Positions 26,181 through 35,845 of a stretch of DNA of 64,000 bases are shown piece by piece. The stretch's first letter is position 1; every line of letters begins with the position of its first letter. The stretch lies in the sequence record KY555145.1; one strand, given 5' to 3'. A model generated the notes under the pieces. The model ran no database searches. It had not been told where the DNA came from and worked only from the letters and a program-made list of their open reading frames with translations. The position numbers and the translations under genes are program-made.

Positions 26181-26416
26181 TGACCACCGCGTTCGACGCC
26201 GTCCTCGCCCGGATCGAGTCCGGCGAGCCCTTTACCTATGCCGGCCTGAGCGCGGTCAACGACGCGGCTGGCGGGAACGAGGCGCGCGACCGGCTGGCCG
26301 ACCGCACGATCCAGAAGTACCGCCGCAAGGGCTGGATCACCTTCACCCGCGAGGGCCGCTACGTGGTCTGGCGTCCGACGCCGGCCGGCGCCGCCCAGTT
26401 CAACCTCCAAGCTTAG
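26180..26416 (+). CDS. hypothetical protein, possibly winged-helix-like
   Basis: TIQKYRRKGWITF. Confidence 0.65.
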   Translation: MTTAFDAVLARIESGEPFTYAGLSAVNDAAGGNEARDRLADRTIQKYRRKGWITFTREGRYVVWRPTPAGAAQFNLQA

Positions 26417-26426
26417 GAGCCCGTCC

Positions 26427-26810
26427 ATGTGCGTTGTTTCCGCCGTGATGGACTACGGCCGCCGGCAATGGCCCGACCTGATGGGGCCGGGCGGTCCGAC
26501 CATTGTGCCGGGCGTGGATCAGCCCTGGTTCGAGATCGTCTCGCCCGGCCTGCCGCCGGCCCCGGTCCGTCCCCAGCCCAAGGTCCCGACCCGCGCCGAG
26601 ATCGAGGCTTTCCGCCGGCTGGTCCAGGCCGCCAATGAATTCGACCAGCAGACCGGCCAGCCGCACTGCGAGGACCCCGAGAAGATCAAGCTGCTCGACG
26701 CGATCAACAAGCTGGCCGATCGCCTCGACGCCATCGAAAAGCGTCTCGCCGCCCAGGACAGCGCCGACGCCGAGGACGCGGCGGCGATCACCGCCTCGGT
26801 CAAGACGTGA
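26427..26810 (+). CDS. hypothetical protein
   Basis: AGGAG RBS. Confidence 0.75.
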   Translation: MCVVSAVMDYGRRQWPDLMGPGGPTIVPGVDQPWFEIVSPGLPPAPVRPQPKVPTRAEIEAFRRLVQAANEFDQQTGQPHCEDPEKIKLLDAINKLADRLDAIEKRLAAQDSADAEDAAAITASVKT

Positions 26811-27052
26811 GCGTCTTTGATCTCCCGGCCGACGGCTTTGATCGCCGCAAGCCGCTCTATCGGGTCTTCAACATCGACGGCGAGAAGCAGTGGTGGACGG
26901 TGATCGCCGCCCTCAACGCGCCGGGCCGCCGCTGCACCAAGCAGGAGGCCATGGGCTGCGAGGACTATGTCGCCGCCCATGCCTGGGCCGAGCACTTCTG
27001 GAACTGTTACGCCGCCACTGGCAAGGCGACCATCTACGAGAGCACGCGATGA
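26807..27052 (+). CDS. hypothetical protein
   Basis: Coupled. Confidence 0.7.
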   Translation: MSVFDLPADGFDRRKPLYRVFNIDGEKQWWTVIAALNAPGRRCTKQEAMGCEDYVAAHAWAEHFWNCYAATGKATIYESTR

Positions 27053-27333
27053 AACTCACCGTCAGCGGTCAGGACATGAGCGGGACCGAGACCGTCTATC
27101 TGATGCTGGTCCCCCGCGTGGGCGTGCGCCTGGAGAGCGACAAGCCCGTCACCCTGACCTTCGATCCGCTGCCCGGCGCGGCCGGCGCCGTCAGGGTCGA
27201 TCCCAAGACCCCCCTGACCCTGGCCGAGAACCCCAAGCCGAGCGAACTGCGGCTGCTGCCGGCCGGCGCCGAGCAGGTCTTCTACCTCAACGCCAATGGC
27301 CGCTGGATGGTGACCTTCCGGGAGGAGCCGTGA
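27049..27333 (+). CDS. hypothetical protein
   Basis: ATGA coupling. Confidence 0.7.
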   Translation: MKLTVSGQDMSGTETVYLMLVPRVGVRLESDKPVTLTFDPLPGAAGAVRVDPKTPLTLAENPKPSELRLLPAGAEQVFYLNANGRWMVTFREEP

Positions 27334-27569
27334 AACCGGCCCAGCCCATGCCCAACGGCATGCCGTTCGGGCGCGACGGCTTCCCGCGCGTCGAGAAGAT
27401 CGACGCGGTGCGCAACATCGTCACCTTCCACACCGGCGAGACGGCCCCGATCACCAGTTACCTCGCCGGCGGCGAGGAGGTCGGCAACCCGCTGCGCGCC
27501 CAGGTCATCGTCTGCGGCCCCTATCGCGGTAAGTGGCTGGTCATTCCGGTCGAGGAGGGTGACATTTGA
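27330..27569 (+). CDS. hypothetical protein
   Basis: GGAGGAG RBS. Confidence 0.7.
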   Translation: MKPAQPMPNGMPFGRDGFPRVEKIDAVRNIVTFHTGETAPITSYLAGGEEVGNPLRAQVIVCGPYRGKWLVIPVEEGDI

Positions 27570-27805
27570 GCCGCCCCCGCAGCGTCACCGAAGTCCTCTG
27601 CGACGACTTCCGCGCCCTCCTGACCACGGGCTTCTACGTCACCGACGAGCATGGCGAGGTCCATGGGCCGGGCACGCCGCTGGGCGATGCGGCCCTGGCG
27701 GCGACCAAGGCGTGGCGCGGCGATCTCTGGAAGGCCTTCCGCCCGATCGACGACAGCATGTGCCCGGTCCGCGTCCACGAGCGCGAAGCCGCCAAGCGTC
27801 CGTGA
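27566..27805 (+). CDS. hypothetical protein
   Basis: GAGGAGG RBS. Confidence 0.7.
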   Translation: MSRPRSVTEVLCDDFRALLTTGFYVTDEHGEVHGPGTPLGDAALAATKAWRGDLWKAFRPIDDSMCPVRVHEREAAKRP

Positions 27806-28173
27806 CCCATCGTCCCTCGGCCTATCTCCGGACCCCGCCGATGCGCTATCCCGGCCCTTCCGGCTTCGACGAACGGCTGCACCGGGCCGACGGGCGCGCG
27901 ACGCGGCTTTTGGTCGCGCCGCATCTGGCCTGGGCGCTCCACCAGCTACGGCGCTATGGTTCGCCGATCGACTGGCTCTTGCCGGCGACGCGCGAGGGCC
28001 TCGCCGCGCCGGGCGATCGCCCATTCGGCCAGAAGACGGTGCGTCTCAAGCTCGGGCGCCGGCGGCTGACCCGCCTGGGCGACTACCTCGAATACATGCA
28101 GTTCGCGAGTGATGTGGACCTTGCAACCTACAAGCAGTGGCTGAAGGAGACGCCGATTTTTCCGGTGTCGTGA
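27802..28173 (+). CDS. hypothetical protein
   Basis: GTGA coupling; start uncertain. Confidence 0.6.
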   Translation: MTHRPSAYLRTPPMRYPGPSGFDERLHRADGRATRLLVAPHLAWALHQLRRYGSPIDWLLPATREGLAAPGDRPFGQKTVRLKLGRRRLTRLGDYLEYMQFASDVDLATYKQWLKETPIFPVS

Positions 28174-28182
28174 TTCTTGACA
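28166..28182 (+). promoter_or_regulatory. late promoter motif
   Basis: TGTCGTGATTCTTGACA. Confidence 0.7.
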
Positions 28183-28218
28183 CCCTATGTCGTCTGTGGT
28201 GACATCCGCTCGTTAACC

Positions 28219-28584
28219 ATGACGGGCTCCCCGATGATCCGCCTGACCAAATCCCAGCACTACACGAACACGGCGGAGAACGACCGTAGCTGGTATCTCG
28301 ATCCGGGCCTGACCTTCGAGGTCCACGGCCTGCCTCCCGTCAAGCCGGAGCAGAAGATTGGCTACCCGGACGCCGGCGCCCTGGTCGTCCTTCATGGCGA
28401 GGCCCACTATGTCGACGAGGATGTCGAAACCATCCTCACCTTGATCAAGATCGCGCGGAACCCGCAGCGCTATCGACTGGCGACGACCGAGGGGAAGCTG
28501 ATCGCCCACGAGGACCTGATCTACCTCGGCTACTCGGACGGCTCGTTCGATTACGGCCTGATGGGCGAGGAGCGCTACCAGTGA
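28219..28584 (+). CDS. hypothetical protein
   Basis: Follows promoter; start uncertain. Confidence 0.65.
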   Translation: MTGSPMIRLTKSQHYTNTAENDRSWYLDPGLTFEVHGLPPVKPEQKIGYPDAGALVVLHGEAHYVDEDVETILTLIKIARNPQRYRLATTEGKLIAHEDLIYLGYSDGSFDYGLMGEERYQ

Positions 28585-29261
28585 TTGGCAACCTCATCGC
28601 GCTTCGTCAGAACGAAGCCCTGGCCCTGGCGCGCGGCGTGCTGTCGAGCCCCGATCCGGTCGGTCACATCACCCGCAAGCTGGCCCAGGCCCTGGTTGAC
28701 GAAGCCGCGCTCTACGAGGACCGGCGCCTCGCCTTCATGCACCCTTCGATCCTTTGCGCCAACGGTGAGTATTACGACTTCACCGATCCGGACGCCTTTT
28801 CCTGGGACATCGAGGTGATCGCCGCTGGCCTGCGCGCCCCGCGCTTCACCGCCCAGACCCGGAGCCTGGGGACCTATTCGATCCTCCAGCACTCGGTCCT
28901 GGCCAGCTACATCGTCCCCAAGGGCTTCGAACTGGAGGCCCTGCTGCACGACGCCCAGGAGAGCGTGCTCGGCGACAAGGCCACGCCGTTCAAAATCCTC
29001 CTGCCCGACTACAAGCACTACGAGGACGCGGCCGAGCGCGCCGTGCGGCGCAAGTACGGCCTGCCCGAGACGATGTCGCGCGAGGTCAAGCACGCCGACG
29101 TCGTCATGCTCGCCACCGAGAAGCGGGACATCATGCCCAACCCCGAGGACGAGTGGGAAATGCTCAGGGATATCAAGCCCTTGGACTTCCCGATCGAGGT
29201 TTGGGACGTCGAGCACGCCCGCAAGGTCTTCCTCGACCGCTTCGCCGATCTGACGGCCTGA
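28581..29261 (+). CDS. HD-domain 5'-deoxynucleotidase (YfdR/YfbR-like)
   Basis: RFTAQT..YSILQHS..ALLHDAQESVLGD..KHAD..LATEKRD. Confidence 0.85.
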   Translation: MIGNLIALRQNEALALARGVLSSPDPVGHITRKLAQALVDEAALYEDRRLAFMHPSILCANGEYYDFTDPDAFSWDIEVIAAGLRAPRFTAQTRSLGTYSILQHSVLASYIVPKGFELEALLHDAQESVLGDKATPFKILLPDYKHYEDAAERAVRRKYGLPETMSREVKHADVVMLATEKRDIMPNPEDEWEMLRDIKPLDFPIEVWDVEHARKVFLDRFADLTA

Positions 29262-29300
29262 CGTCCGCTCCTGACGTAGAACGATACGAGAACATCCGCT

Positions 29301-29825
29301 ATGCGCCATGTCACCCTCACCCTGGATGGTCCGATCGCCGTCGGCAAGTCGCGGCTGCTGCGCACCATCGCCTTCGCCCTGGAGAAGACCTATCCGGGCA
29401 AGTTCGCCTTCACCGGCGACGTGGTCGACTGCGCGCCCCTGGCGGTCAACACCATCGAGCCGATGACCATCACCGTGGTCGAGAAGACCGACGGCCGCGC
29501 CTATCCCGTGACCCAGGCCGCGCTCTTGAGCGCCGAGGCGGCGCGCGAACTGACCGCCGGCCTGACCAGCGACGAACTCGTGGCCGAAATCTCCAAGGCC
29601 GTCGGCGCCGCCGCCCGCGCCGGCCTGAGCCGCGCGGTGATCGGCAAGGACATCGTGCGCGGGGTCTCCGACTGGAACGGCGACGCCAACGACACCGTGA
29701 TCGGCCGGGCCGCCAAGCAGGCGCGCGCCGCCGGCTACGCGGTCAAGAAGGGCATGGATGGCGACCTCGTCATCGAGTGGAAGACCAAGGTCGCTCCGCC
29801 CTTCGCCGGCTATCTGGACCGCTGA
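29301..29825 (+). CDS. hypothetical protein
   Basis: 174 aa. Confidence 0.75.
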   Translation: MRHVTLTLDGPIAVGKSRLLRTIAFALEKTYPGKFAFTGDVVDCAPLAVNTIEPMTITVVEKTDGRAYPVTQAALLSAEAARELTAGLTSDELVAEISKAVGAAARAGLSRAVIGKDIVRGVSDWNGDANDTVIGRAAKQARAAGYAVKKGMDGDLVIEWKTKVAPPFAGYLDR

Positions 29826-29829
29826 GCCG

Positions 29830-30033
29830 ATGTCGACCCGCATCCAGCCGCATGACCTTCGCCTCCAGTCGGCGATCGCCGACTTCCACGAGCGCAACCT
29901 GATGTGCCCGGAGCCGGACTGCGACTGGGGCGTGATCGAGACCGGGGAAGAGGACCCCGACACCTGCATCCCCATCACCAAGACCTGTCCGGTGTGCGCC
30001 GGCCGGGGCTTCCTGCCGAAGAAGGCCGCCTGA
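29830..30033 (+). CDS. small Zn-finger protein
   Basis: CPEPDC ... CPVC. Confidence 0.65.
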   Translation: MSTRIQPHDLRLQSAIADFHERNLMCPEPDCDWGVIETGEEDPDTCIPITKTCPVCAGRGFLPKKAA

Positions 30034-31091
30034 TGACCGACGTCTACGCCCCCGATCTCTGCATCTACCATGGCAACTGCGCCGACGGGTTCACCGCCGC
30101 CTGGGCGGTCTACCGCCGCTTCGAGGGCGCGGTGCAGTTCCTGCCCGGCGTCTACGGCCGCCAGATCAGCGACGACGTCGTGCTGGGCCGCCACGTCCTG
30201 CTGGTCGACTTCTCCTTCAAGAAGGAGGAGTTGAAGCGCATCGCCCAGATCGCCGCCTCGGTGACCATCATCGACCACCACAAGTCGGCGGCCGAGGACC
30301 TCAAGGACTTCATCGTCTCCGAGGCGCTGATGGACCTGACCCCGGCCGAATACGCCGAACTCTGCCATTTCGCCGGGCGCCTGCCGATCCGCGCCCTGTT
30401 CGACATGGATCGCTCGGGCGCGGGCATGACCTGGGACTTCTTCCACCGCGACACCCCGCGCATGAAGATCATCGACTATGTCGAGGACCGCGACCTGTGG
30501 CGCTTCGACCAGGAAGGCTCGCGCGAGGTCTCGGCCTACATCTTCGCCCACGACTACCGCTTCGACAACTGGGACGCCCTGGCCGGCGAGATCGAGATCG
30601 ACCTCCCGACGGTGATCGCCGCCGGCGCGGCGATCGAGAAGAAGCACCACAAGGACATCGGCGAGCTTCTGCGCCAGACCCAGCGCGAGATGATCATCGG
30701 CGGCTACCGCGTGCCGGTCGCCAACATGCCCTACACCCTGGCCAGCGACGCGGCCAACAAGATGGCCTCCACCCCGCGCGCCGACGGCACCCTGCCGGCC
30801 TTCGCCGCCTGCTACTTCGACAACAACGCCGGCAAGCGGGCCTTCTCGCTGCGGGCGATCGATGGCGGCGCCGACGTCTCGCAGATCGCCAGCCAGTACG
30901 GCGGCGGCGGGCACGCCAAGGCCGCCGGCTTCTCGGCCGACCAGGGCTGGGAGGGCGAGGGCGACGAGGCCTATGACGCGTGGCTGAAGACCAGGGTCGC
31001 CGCCAGCATCGCCGAACTGGAAGCCGGCAAGGGCATCCCCGGCGAACTGGTCGAGGCCGAGTTCGCCAAGCGCCGGGCGGGGACGGCGTGA
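30033..31091 (+). CDS. DHH/DHHA1 phosphoesterase with antitoxin-like C-terminal tail
   Basis: YHGNCADG, VDFS, IDHHKSA, GGGGHAKAAGF. Confidence 0.88.
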   Translation: MTDVYAPDLCIYHGNCADGFTAAWAVYRRFEGAVQFLPGVYGRQISDDVVLGRHVLLVDFSFKKEELKRIAQIAASVTIIDHHKSAAEDLKDFIVSEALMDLTPAEYAELCHFAGRLPIRALFDMDRSGAGMTWDFFHRDTPRMKIIDYVEDRDLWRFDQEGSREVSAYIFAHDYRFDNWDALAGEIEIDLPTVIAAGAAIEKKHHKDIGELLRQTQREMIIGGYRVPVANMPYTLASDAANKMASTPRADGTLPAFAACYFDNNAGKRAFSLRAIDGGADVSQIASQYGGGGHAKAAGFSADQGWEGEGDEAYDAWLKTRVAASIAELEAGKGIPGELVEAEFAKRRAGTA

Positions 31092-31264
31092 CCGAGACCC
31101 GCACCCGGATCGCCAAGGCCGTCCACACCCTCGTCAAGGTGCTGACCGCGCCCGACGTCCCGGACGAACTGACCAAGAAGCTCGTCCTCGCCGATATCAA
31201 ACGCGCCCGCTGGGAACTCCAGGAGATCGAGCAAATCTGCCAACAGGAGATCGCCGGTGGCTGA
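31088..31264 (+). CDS. hypothetical protein
   Basis: GTGA coupling, 58 aa. Confidence 0.65.
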   Translation: MTETRTRIAKAVHTLVKVLTAPDVPDELTKKLVLADIKRARWELQEIEQICQQEIAGG

Positions 31265-31733
31265 TCTGACGATCAATCTCGACGCCCTGCCGGCTCCGCC
31301 CGAGCCGCCGGCCTATGATTTCCGGGACGATCACAACCTCGTCCCCCGAGCCCGGATGATCGCCGACGGCCTCCTGGCCGGCCGCCACATCCTCCATGGC
31401 GACGAGCACACCCTGGCGCGCGCCGTGATCGTGCTGCTGGAGGAGCGGGAGAAGAAGGCCAATTCGCCCTGCACCCTGATCGTCGTCGAGGGCGTGGTCG
31501 AGCGCGATCGGCTGCAAAAGCTGCTCGACCCGACCACCAAGGCCTTCCACGTCATCACCCCGATGCAGCGCGGCGACGCCACGCGGGGCCGGCGCTATGC
31601 GGCGATCTTCGTCCGCTATCCCTCGGCCGCGTGGTTCGACGCCAAGAACGTCGAGACCCACCAGTTCCAGGCCTGGGAACGCGAGCACCTTTTCCCCCGC
31701 CTCCTCAAGGGCGGTCACTTCCAGCACATCTAG
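31257..31733 (+). CDS. hypothetical protein
   Basis: AGGAG RBS. Confidence 0.7.
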   Translation: MADLTINLDALPAPPEPPAYDFRDDHNLVPRARMIADGLLAGRHILHGDEHTLARAVIVLLEEREKKANSPCTLIVVEGVVERDRLQKLLDPTTKAFHVITPMQRGDATRGRRYAAIFVRYPSAAWFDAKNVETHQFQAWEREHLFPRLLKGGHFQHI

Positions 31734-31739
31734 GACCCC

Positions 31740-31904
31740 ATGCAACAGCCCGAAACCATCACCGTCGACGTCCAGCCGGCCGAAGTCCCCGCGCCCAAGC
31801 CGCGCCCGCGCGCCAAGGTCCACGAGCCCCAGCGGTTCAACACCTTCAAGGCCGCCCTGTTCGGCACCACGTCCCTGATCCAGATCACCCGCTACGCCGG
31901 ATGA
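31740..31904 (+). CDS. hypothetical protein
   Basis: 54 aa, AGGA RBS. Confidence 0.55.
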   Translation: MQQPETITVDVQPAEVPAPKPRPRAKVHEPQRFNTFKAALFGTTSLIQITRYAG

Positions 31905-32170
31905 ACCCCTCCCGCCGCCGCGCGATGCTGGCCCAGATCGAGACCTGCAAGCAGTCGAGCTTGGTCGTCGAGGAGGCGACCAAGCACTGGCGGCGCGATT
32001 ACGAGGCCTATCACCACGTGATGGTCTCCGGGCAGGTGGGACGCTATTCCGACGAGGCCATGAAGGCGCTTACCCTCCAAGCCTCCGCCACCTATGAGGC
32101 CCTTCTGGACGCGCTCCGCGTACACGCCAACAACCTCGAACGCCTGCGTTCGCTGCGAGGCTCCTTCTGA
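31901..32170 (+). CDS. hypothetical protein
   Basis: ATGA coupling. Confidence 0.65.
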   Translation: MNPSRRRAMLAQIETCKQSSLVVEEATKHWRRDYEAYHHVMVSGQVGRYSDEAMKALTLQASATYEALLDALRVHANNLERLRSLRGSF

Positions 32171-32610
32171 TGCGCTACTATCTCGACACCGAGTTCAATG
32201 GCTTTGGCGGGGAGTTGATCTCCCTGGCCCTGGTCCGCGAGGACGGCAAATGGCTGTACCTCGTCTACGAGACGCCCAAGGCGGTCGATCCGTGGGTCGC
32301 CGAGAACGTGATCCCGATTGTTCACCTGCCGGGCCTGCTGCCGATCCACGTCTCCCACGAGGCGGGGGCGGAATTCCTCGCCCAGTTCCTGGCGGGCGAC
32401 GACTCGGTCGAGATCATCACCGACTGGCCCGACGACATCCGCTACTTCTGTCAGGCGATCATCGCCGGCCCCGGCATGCTATCGCCCATGGTCCCGAATC
32501 TGAAGTTCTCCATGGTGCGGACCGACGCCTACCCGACCACCTTGCCGGGCGCGGTGCAGCACAACGCCGTCTGGGATGCGCGCGCCCTGCGCCACCTCAT
32601 GCTCTCGTGA
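32170..32610 (+). CDS. DEDDh 3'-5' exonuclease
   Basis: YYLDTEF ... DWPDD ... HNAVWDA. Confidence 0.8.
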   Translation: MRYYLDTEFNGFGGELISLALVREDGKWLYLVYETPKAVDPWVAENVIPIVHLPGLLPIHVSHEAGAEFLAQFLAGDDSVEIITDWPDDIRYFCQAIIAGPGMLSPMVPNLKFSMVRTDAYPTTLPGAVQHNAVWDARALRHLMLS

Positions 32611-33137
32611 GGCCCACGGCTCGGCGCCGGCGTAAGAAGCCGGCGCGCAACTTCCGGATGATGGCGGCGACCTCGACCACGAGCGTCGCCACCCACCGCA
32701 CCTATCCGGGCAAGCTGATCGCCCCGGCGCCGGGCCACTGCCGCTGGTGTACTGGCCCCATCCTCAAACCGGACGGCTCGATCAACCGCCGCAAGACCTT
32801 CTGCTCGCAGGTCTGCGTCTCCCACTACCTGCTGCGCGCCGATCCCGCCGAGATGCGCCGCCACGTCTTCTTCCGCGACCAGGGCGTCTGCGCCATGTGC
32901 AAGAAGCGCTGGCTCTACCTCGACGACGCGTGGCAGGCCGACCACATCGAGCCCCTCTTCCTGGCCTTCGGGGACCTCGCCTACTGGGAGCCGGAGAACG
33001 TCCAGGTCCTCTGCACCGACCCCTGCCACAAGCAGAAATCGGCCGACGACATGCGCAAATACGGCTTCGTCCTGAAGCTGACCCGCGAGCAAAAGAAGCC
33101 CCAGGAGCGGCGCCGGTTAGCCGAAAGGTTGGGTTAA
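32607..33137 (+). CDS. HNH endonuclease with N-terminal Zn finger
   Basis: CRWC..CSQVC; RDQGVCAMC..ADHIEP..NVQVLC..CHKQK. Confidence 0.85.
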   Translation: MRPTARRRRKKPARNFRMMAATSTTSVATHRTYPGKLIAPAPGHCRWCTGPILKPDGSINRRKTFCSQVCVSHYLLRADPAEMRRHVFFRDQGVCAMCKKRWLYLDDAWQADHIEPLFLAFGDLAYWEPENVQVLCTDPCHKQKSADDMRKYGFVLKLTREQKKPQERRRLAERLG

Positions 33138-33150
33138 GTCAAGCGCGTAG

Positions 33151-33167
33151 TGTCGTGAATCTTGACA
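33151..33167 (+). promoter_or_regulatory. late promoter motif upstream of head operon
   Basis: TGTCGTGAATCTTGACA. Confidence 0.75.
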
Positions 33168-33295
33168 TTCGGCGTATTTTTTGCTAGGTTCCCCAGCATC
33201 CCGATAGAGGTTGGCACATCCCGACGCCGCCAGCCGTCTCGCAACGCGACGGGTCGTCGCCCATACCACGGGGTCCGTGGGTAGAGAGAAACTGT

Positions 33296-34087
33296 ATGCC
33301 TGTTCTGTCCTACGATACGCTCGACATGGTCCCCGAGGGCCTGCGCGAGTTCGCGAAGCAAGTCGACGGCAGCGAGAAGTTCCAAGTGAACGTCGTCAGC
33401 GCCGCGAAGATCGACGAGTTCCGCGACAACAACATCAAGATTTCGAAGGAGCGTGACGCGCTCCTGGAGAAGGTGGCCCGGCTGGAGCCGATCGTCGGCG
33501 AAGACCCGGACGCCTTCAGCGCCAAGCTGACGGAACTGCAAGCGATCGCTCAGCGCGTCGCCGACGGTGACCTGAAGGAAGGCCGCGCCCTCGAAGAAGC
33601 GCTCCAGAAGCGCACCGAGGAGATGCGGAAGCAGTACGACGACCGTCTCCAGCAGACGGGCAAGGAACGGGCCGCGTGGCAGTCCAAGCACGATGAACTG
33701 GAGCGCCGGTTCAAGCAGTCGCTGGTCAGCAACGCGATCACCGCCGCCGCGATGGCGCAGGGTTCGGGCATCGACCCGACCGCGATCAGCGAGGTGGTCC
33801 GCTCGGGCCTGGACGTGTTCAAGGCCGACGATCAGGGCCGTCTGACCCCCTATGTGGGCGACGCTCCGCTCTACGGCGCCGACGGTGTCACGCCGATGAC
33901 GCCGAAGGAATGGCTGCAAAAGCTGAAGGAGGAGAAGCCGTTCTTCTTCCTCAACAGCAGCGGCGGCGGGGCCGGCGGCGACAAGACCAAGACGGTTCAC
34001 GGCGTCACGCCGGAGCGTCTGAAGGGCATGTCGGCGGCCGAGCGTCTGGCCATCGCCAATGGCGAGAAGTCGGCGCGGCTGCGCTAA
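33296..34087 (+). CDS. head scaffolding protein
   Basis: Coiled-coil 263 aa directly before capsid; ends FF..SSGGGAGG. Confidence 0.7.
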   Translation: MPVLSYDTLDMVPEGLREFAKQVDGSEKFQVNVVSAAKIDEFRDNNIKISKERDALLEKVARLEPIVGEDPDAFSAKLTELQAIAQRVADGDLKEGRALEEALQKRTEEMRKQYDDRLQQTGKERAAWQSKHDELERRFKQSLVSNAITAAAMAQGSGIDPTAISEVVRSGLDVFKADDQGRLTPYVGDAPLYGADGVTPMTPKEWLQKLKEEKPFFFLNSSGGGAGGDKTKTVHGVTPERLKGMSAAERLAIANGEKSARLR

Positions 34088-34350
34088 GTCACGAAACCCT
34101 GGTTTCGTGATCTGATCTAGGCCCCTCGGGGCGGAGTTGCCGGGCTCTCTTGCAAAAGCCCGGACCGATTTCGCCCGCACGGGCCAGAGCTTGAGCGCCG
34201 ATCCTGGCGATCGCTCGAACAAGTCAAGTCACGAAACTCTGGTTTCGTGACAAGAGAATTCCCTCGGTGACGGCCGGTCGACCGAGGGGCAGACCGAGAC
34301 GGGGTCCGTCTCTCAACCAGACCGGTGCGAACACCAAGAGGAGCAAGCCA

Positions 34351-35286
34351 ATGGCTGCTGTGACCCTGCTGCAAGCGTCCGAAATGGCGCTCGGCAACGA
34401 CGAAGTCAAGCGCGCCGCGATCATCGAACTTTTCGCGACGCCCGACATCCTGCGCGTGATCCCGTTCCTGGACATCCAGGGCGGCGCGTACACCTACCTG
34501 CAAGAAGGCCAGCTCTCGGGCGTCGCCTTCCGGGGTATCAACGAGTCCTACGACACGTCGACCGGCGTGATCAACCCGCAAGTCGAGCGCCTGCGCATCG
34601 TCGGCGGTGACCTGGACGTCGACAAGTCCCTGCTGAAGACCCACGGCGCCAACGTGCGTTCGCAGCAGGAGCGCATGAAGGTCAAGGCCCTGAGCCTGTA
34701 CCTCGCCGGCAAGATCATCAACGGCGACTCGGAAGCCGACCCCCGCGAGTTCGACGGTCTGCGCAAGCGCATCACCGGTTCGCAACTGTTCCCGGCCGGC
34801 GCGACCGCTGGCGGTGACGCCCTGTCGCTGGCCGTCCTGGACGAAGCCATCGACGCGGTCGACGGCGCCACGCACCTGATCATGTCGAAGCGCATGCGCA
34901 ACCTGCTCGCGCAGTCGGCCAACAACCCCAACGTCACCGGCTACGTGACCTGGGACAAGGACGAGTTCGGCATGCGCGTGATGCGCTACGCTGACCTGCC
35001 GATCCTGGTCACCGACTACGACGACAAGAACCAGCAGGTCATCGACTTCAACGAAGCCTGCCCTGGCGGCGGCTCGGCGGTCGGCACCTCGATCTACGTC
35101 GTCAACATCGGCGACGAAGGCGTGGTCGGCCTCCAGAACGGCGTCATGGAGATCGAAGACCTCGGCGAGATCGACGCCAAGCCGGTTCTGCGCACCCGCG
35201 TCGAATGGCTGGTCTCGCTGGCCGTCCTGAGCGGTCGCTCCGCCGCTCGCGTCTGGGGCATCAAGAAGGCCGCCGTCACCCGCTAA
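34351..35286 (+). CDS. major capsid protein
   Basis: GAGGAG RBS, 311 aa, HK97-type pattern (FRGINESY, REFDGL), strong codon bias. Confidence 0.88.
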   Translation: MAAVTLLQASEMALGNDEVKRAAIIELFATPDILRVIPFLDIQGGAYTYLQEGQLSGVAFRGINESYDTSTGVINPQVERLRIVGGDLDVDKSLLKTHGANVRSQQERMKVKALSLYLAGKIINGDSEADPREFDGLRKRITGSQLFPAGATAGGDALSLAVLDEAIDAVDGATHLIMSKRMRNLLAQSANNPNVTGYVTWDKDEFGMRVMRYADLPILVTDYDDKNQQVIDFNEACPGGGSAVGTSIYVVNIGDEGVVGLQNGVMEIEDLGEIDAKPVLRTRVEWLVSLAVLSGRSAARVWGIKKAAVTR

Positions 35287-35363
35287 GGGTGATGGCTCAG
35301 GGGGCTCCTAGCCCCCTGACCTTCCTGGTCCTCTCCACCCCCATCTAAGCAGGAAATCCCCAG

Positions 35364-35810
35364 ATGGAATCCAAGATTCGTCACCAGTACGACGCGCTCC
35401 TGGCGCTTCAGCCGGTCGGCACCGCTGCGGTGACCGCCGACGGCTCGTCCGTCAACGCGGTGGACATCTACCGCATCGCCAACGGTCGCGGCGACGTCGC
35501 CGGCCGCTACGGCATCGGTTCGTTCGACATCGTGTTCTACTTCAAGTCGGCCGTCACCGGCGGCGCGACCCCGGAGACCTACACGATCAACGTCGTGACC
35601 ACCGACGCCGACGGCGCCAACCCCGTGGTGCAGGAGACCTTCACGGTCGAAAGCACCATGATCGGCGACCCCTACGTCCTGGCCTTCCACCCGGCCACGC
35701 TGAAGCTGAAGGACGCCGACGCCGCCAAGGTGAAGCTGACCATCGACGTGGCCGGCACCGCGCCGTCGCTCGACTTCTACGCCTTCGTGGCCCCGCACTC
35801 GCACCAGTAA
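35364..35810 (+). CDS. probable minor capsid/decoration protein
   Basis: Beta-rich 148 aa after capsid. Confidence 0.6.
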   Translation: MESKIRHQYDALLALQPVGTAAVTADGSSVNAVDIYRIANGRGDVAGRYGIGSFDIVFYFKSAVTGGATPETYTINVVTTDADGANPVVQETFTVESTMIGDPYVLAFHPATLKLKDADAAKVKLTIDVAGTAPSLDFYAFVAPHSHQ

Positions 35811-35845
35811 TGGGCGAGCCGGGTTCCCGGCGTTCGGTCAAAGTC

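Noticed and set aside
18784-29261. Z-base (2-aminoadenine) pathway suggested by HD plus MazG-like genes
   Set aside because: No PurZ in the window, the genes are not clustered, and the HD protein fits the common YfdR-like family.
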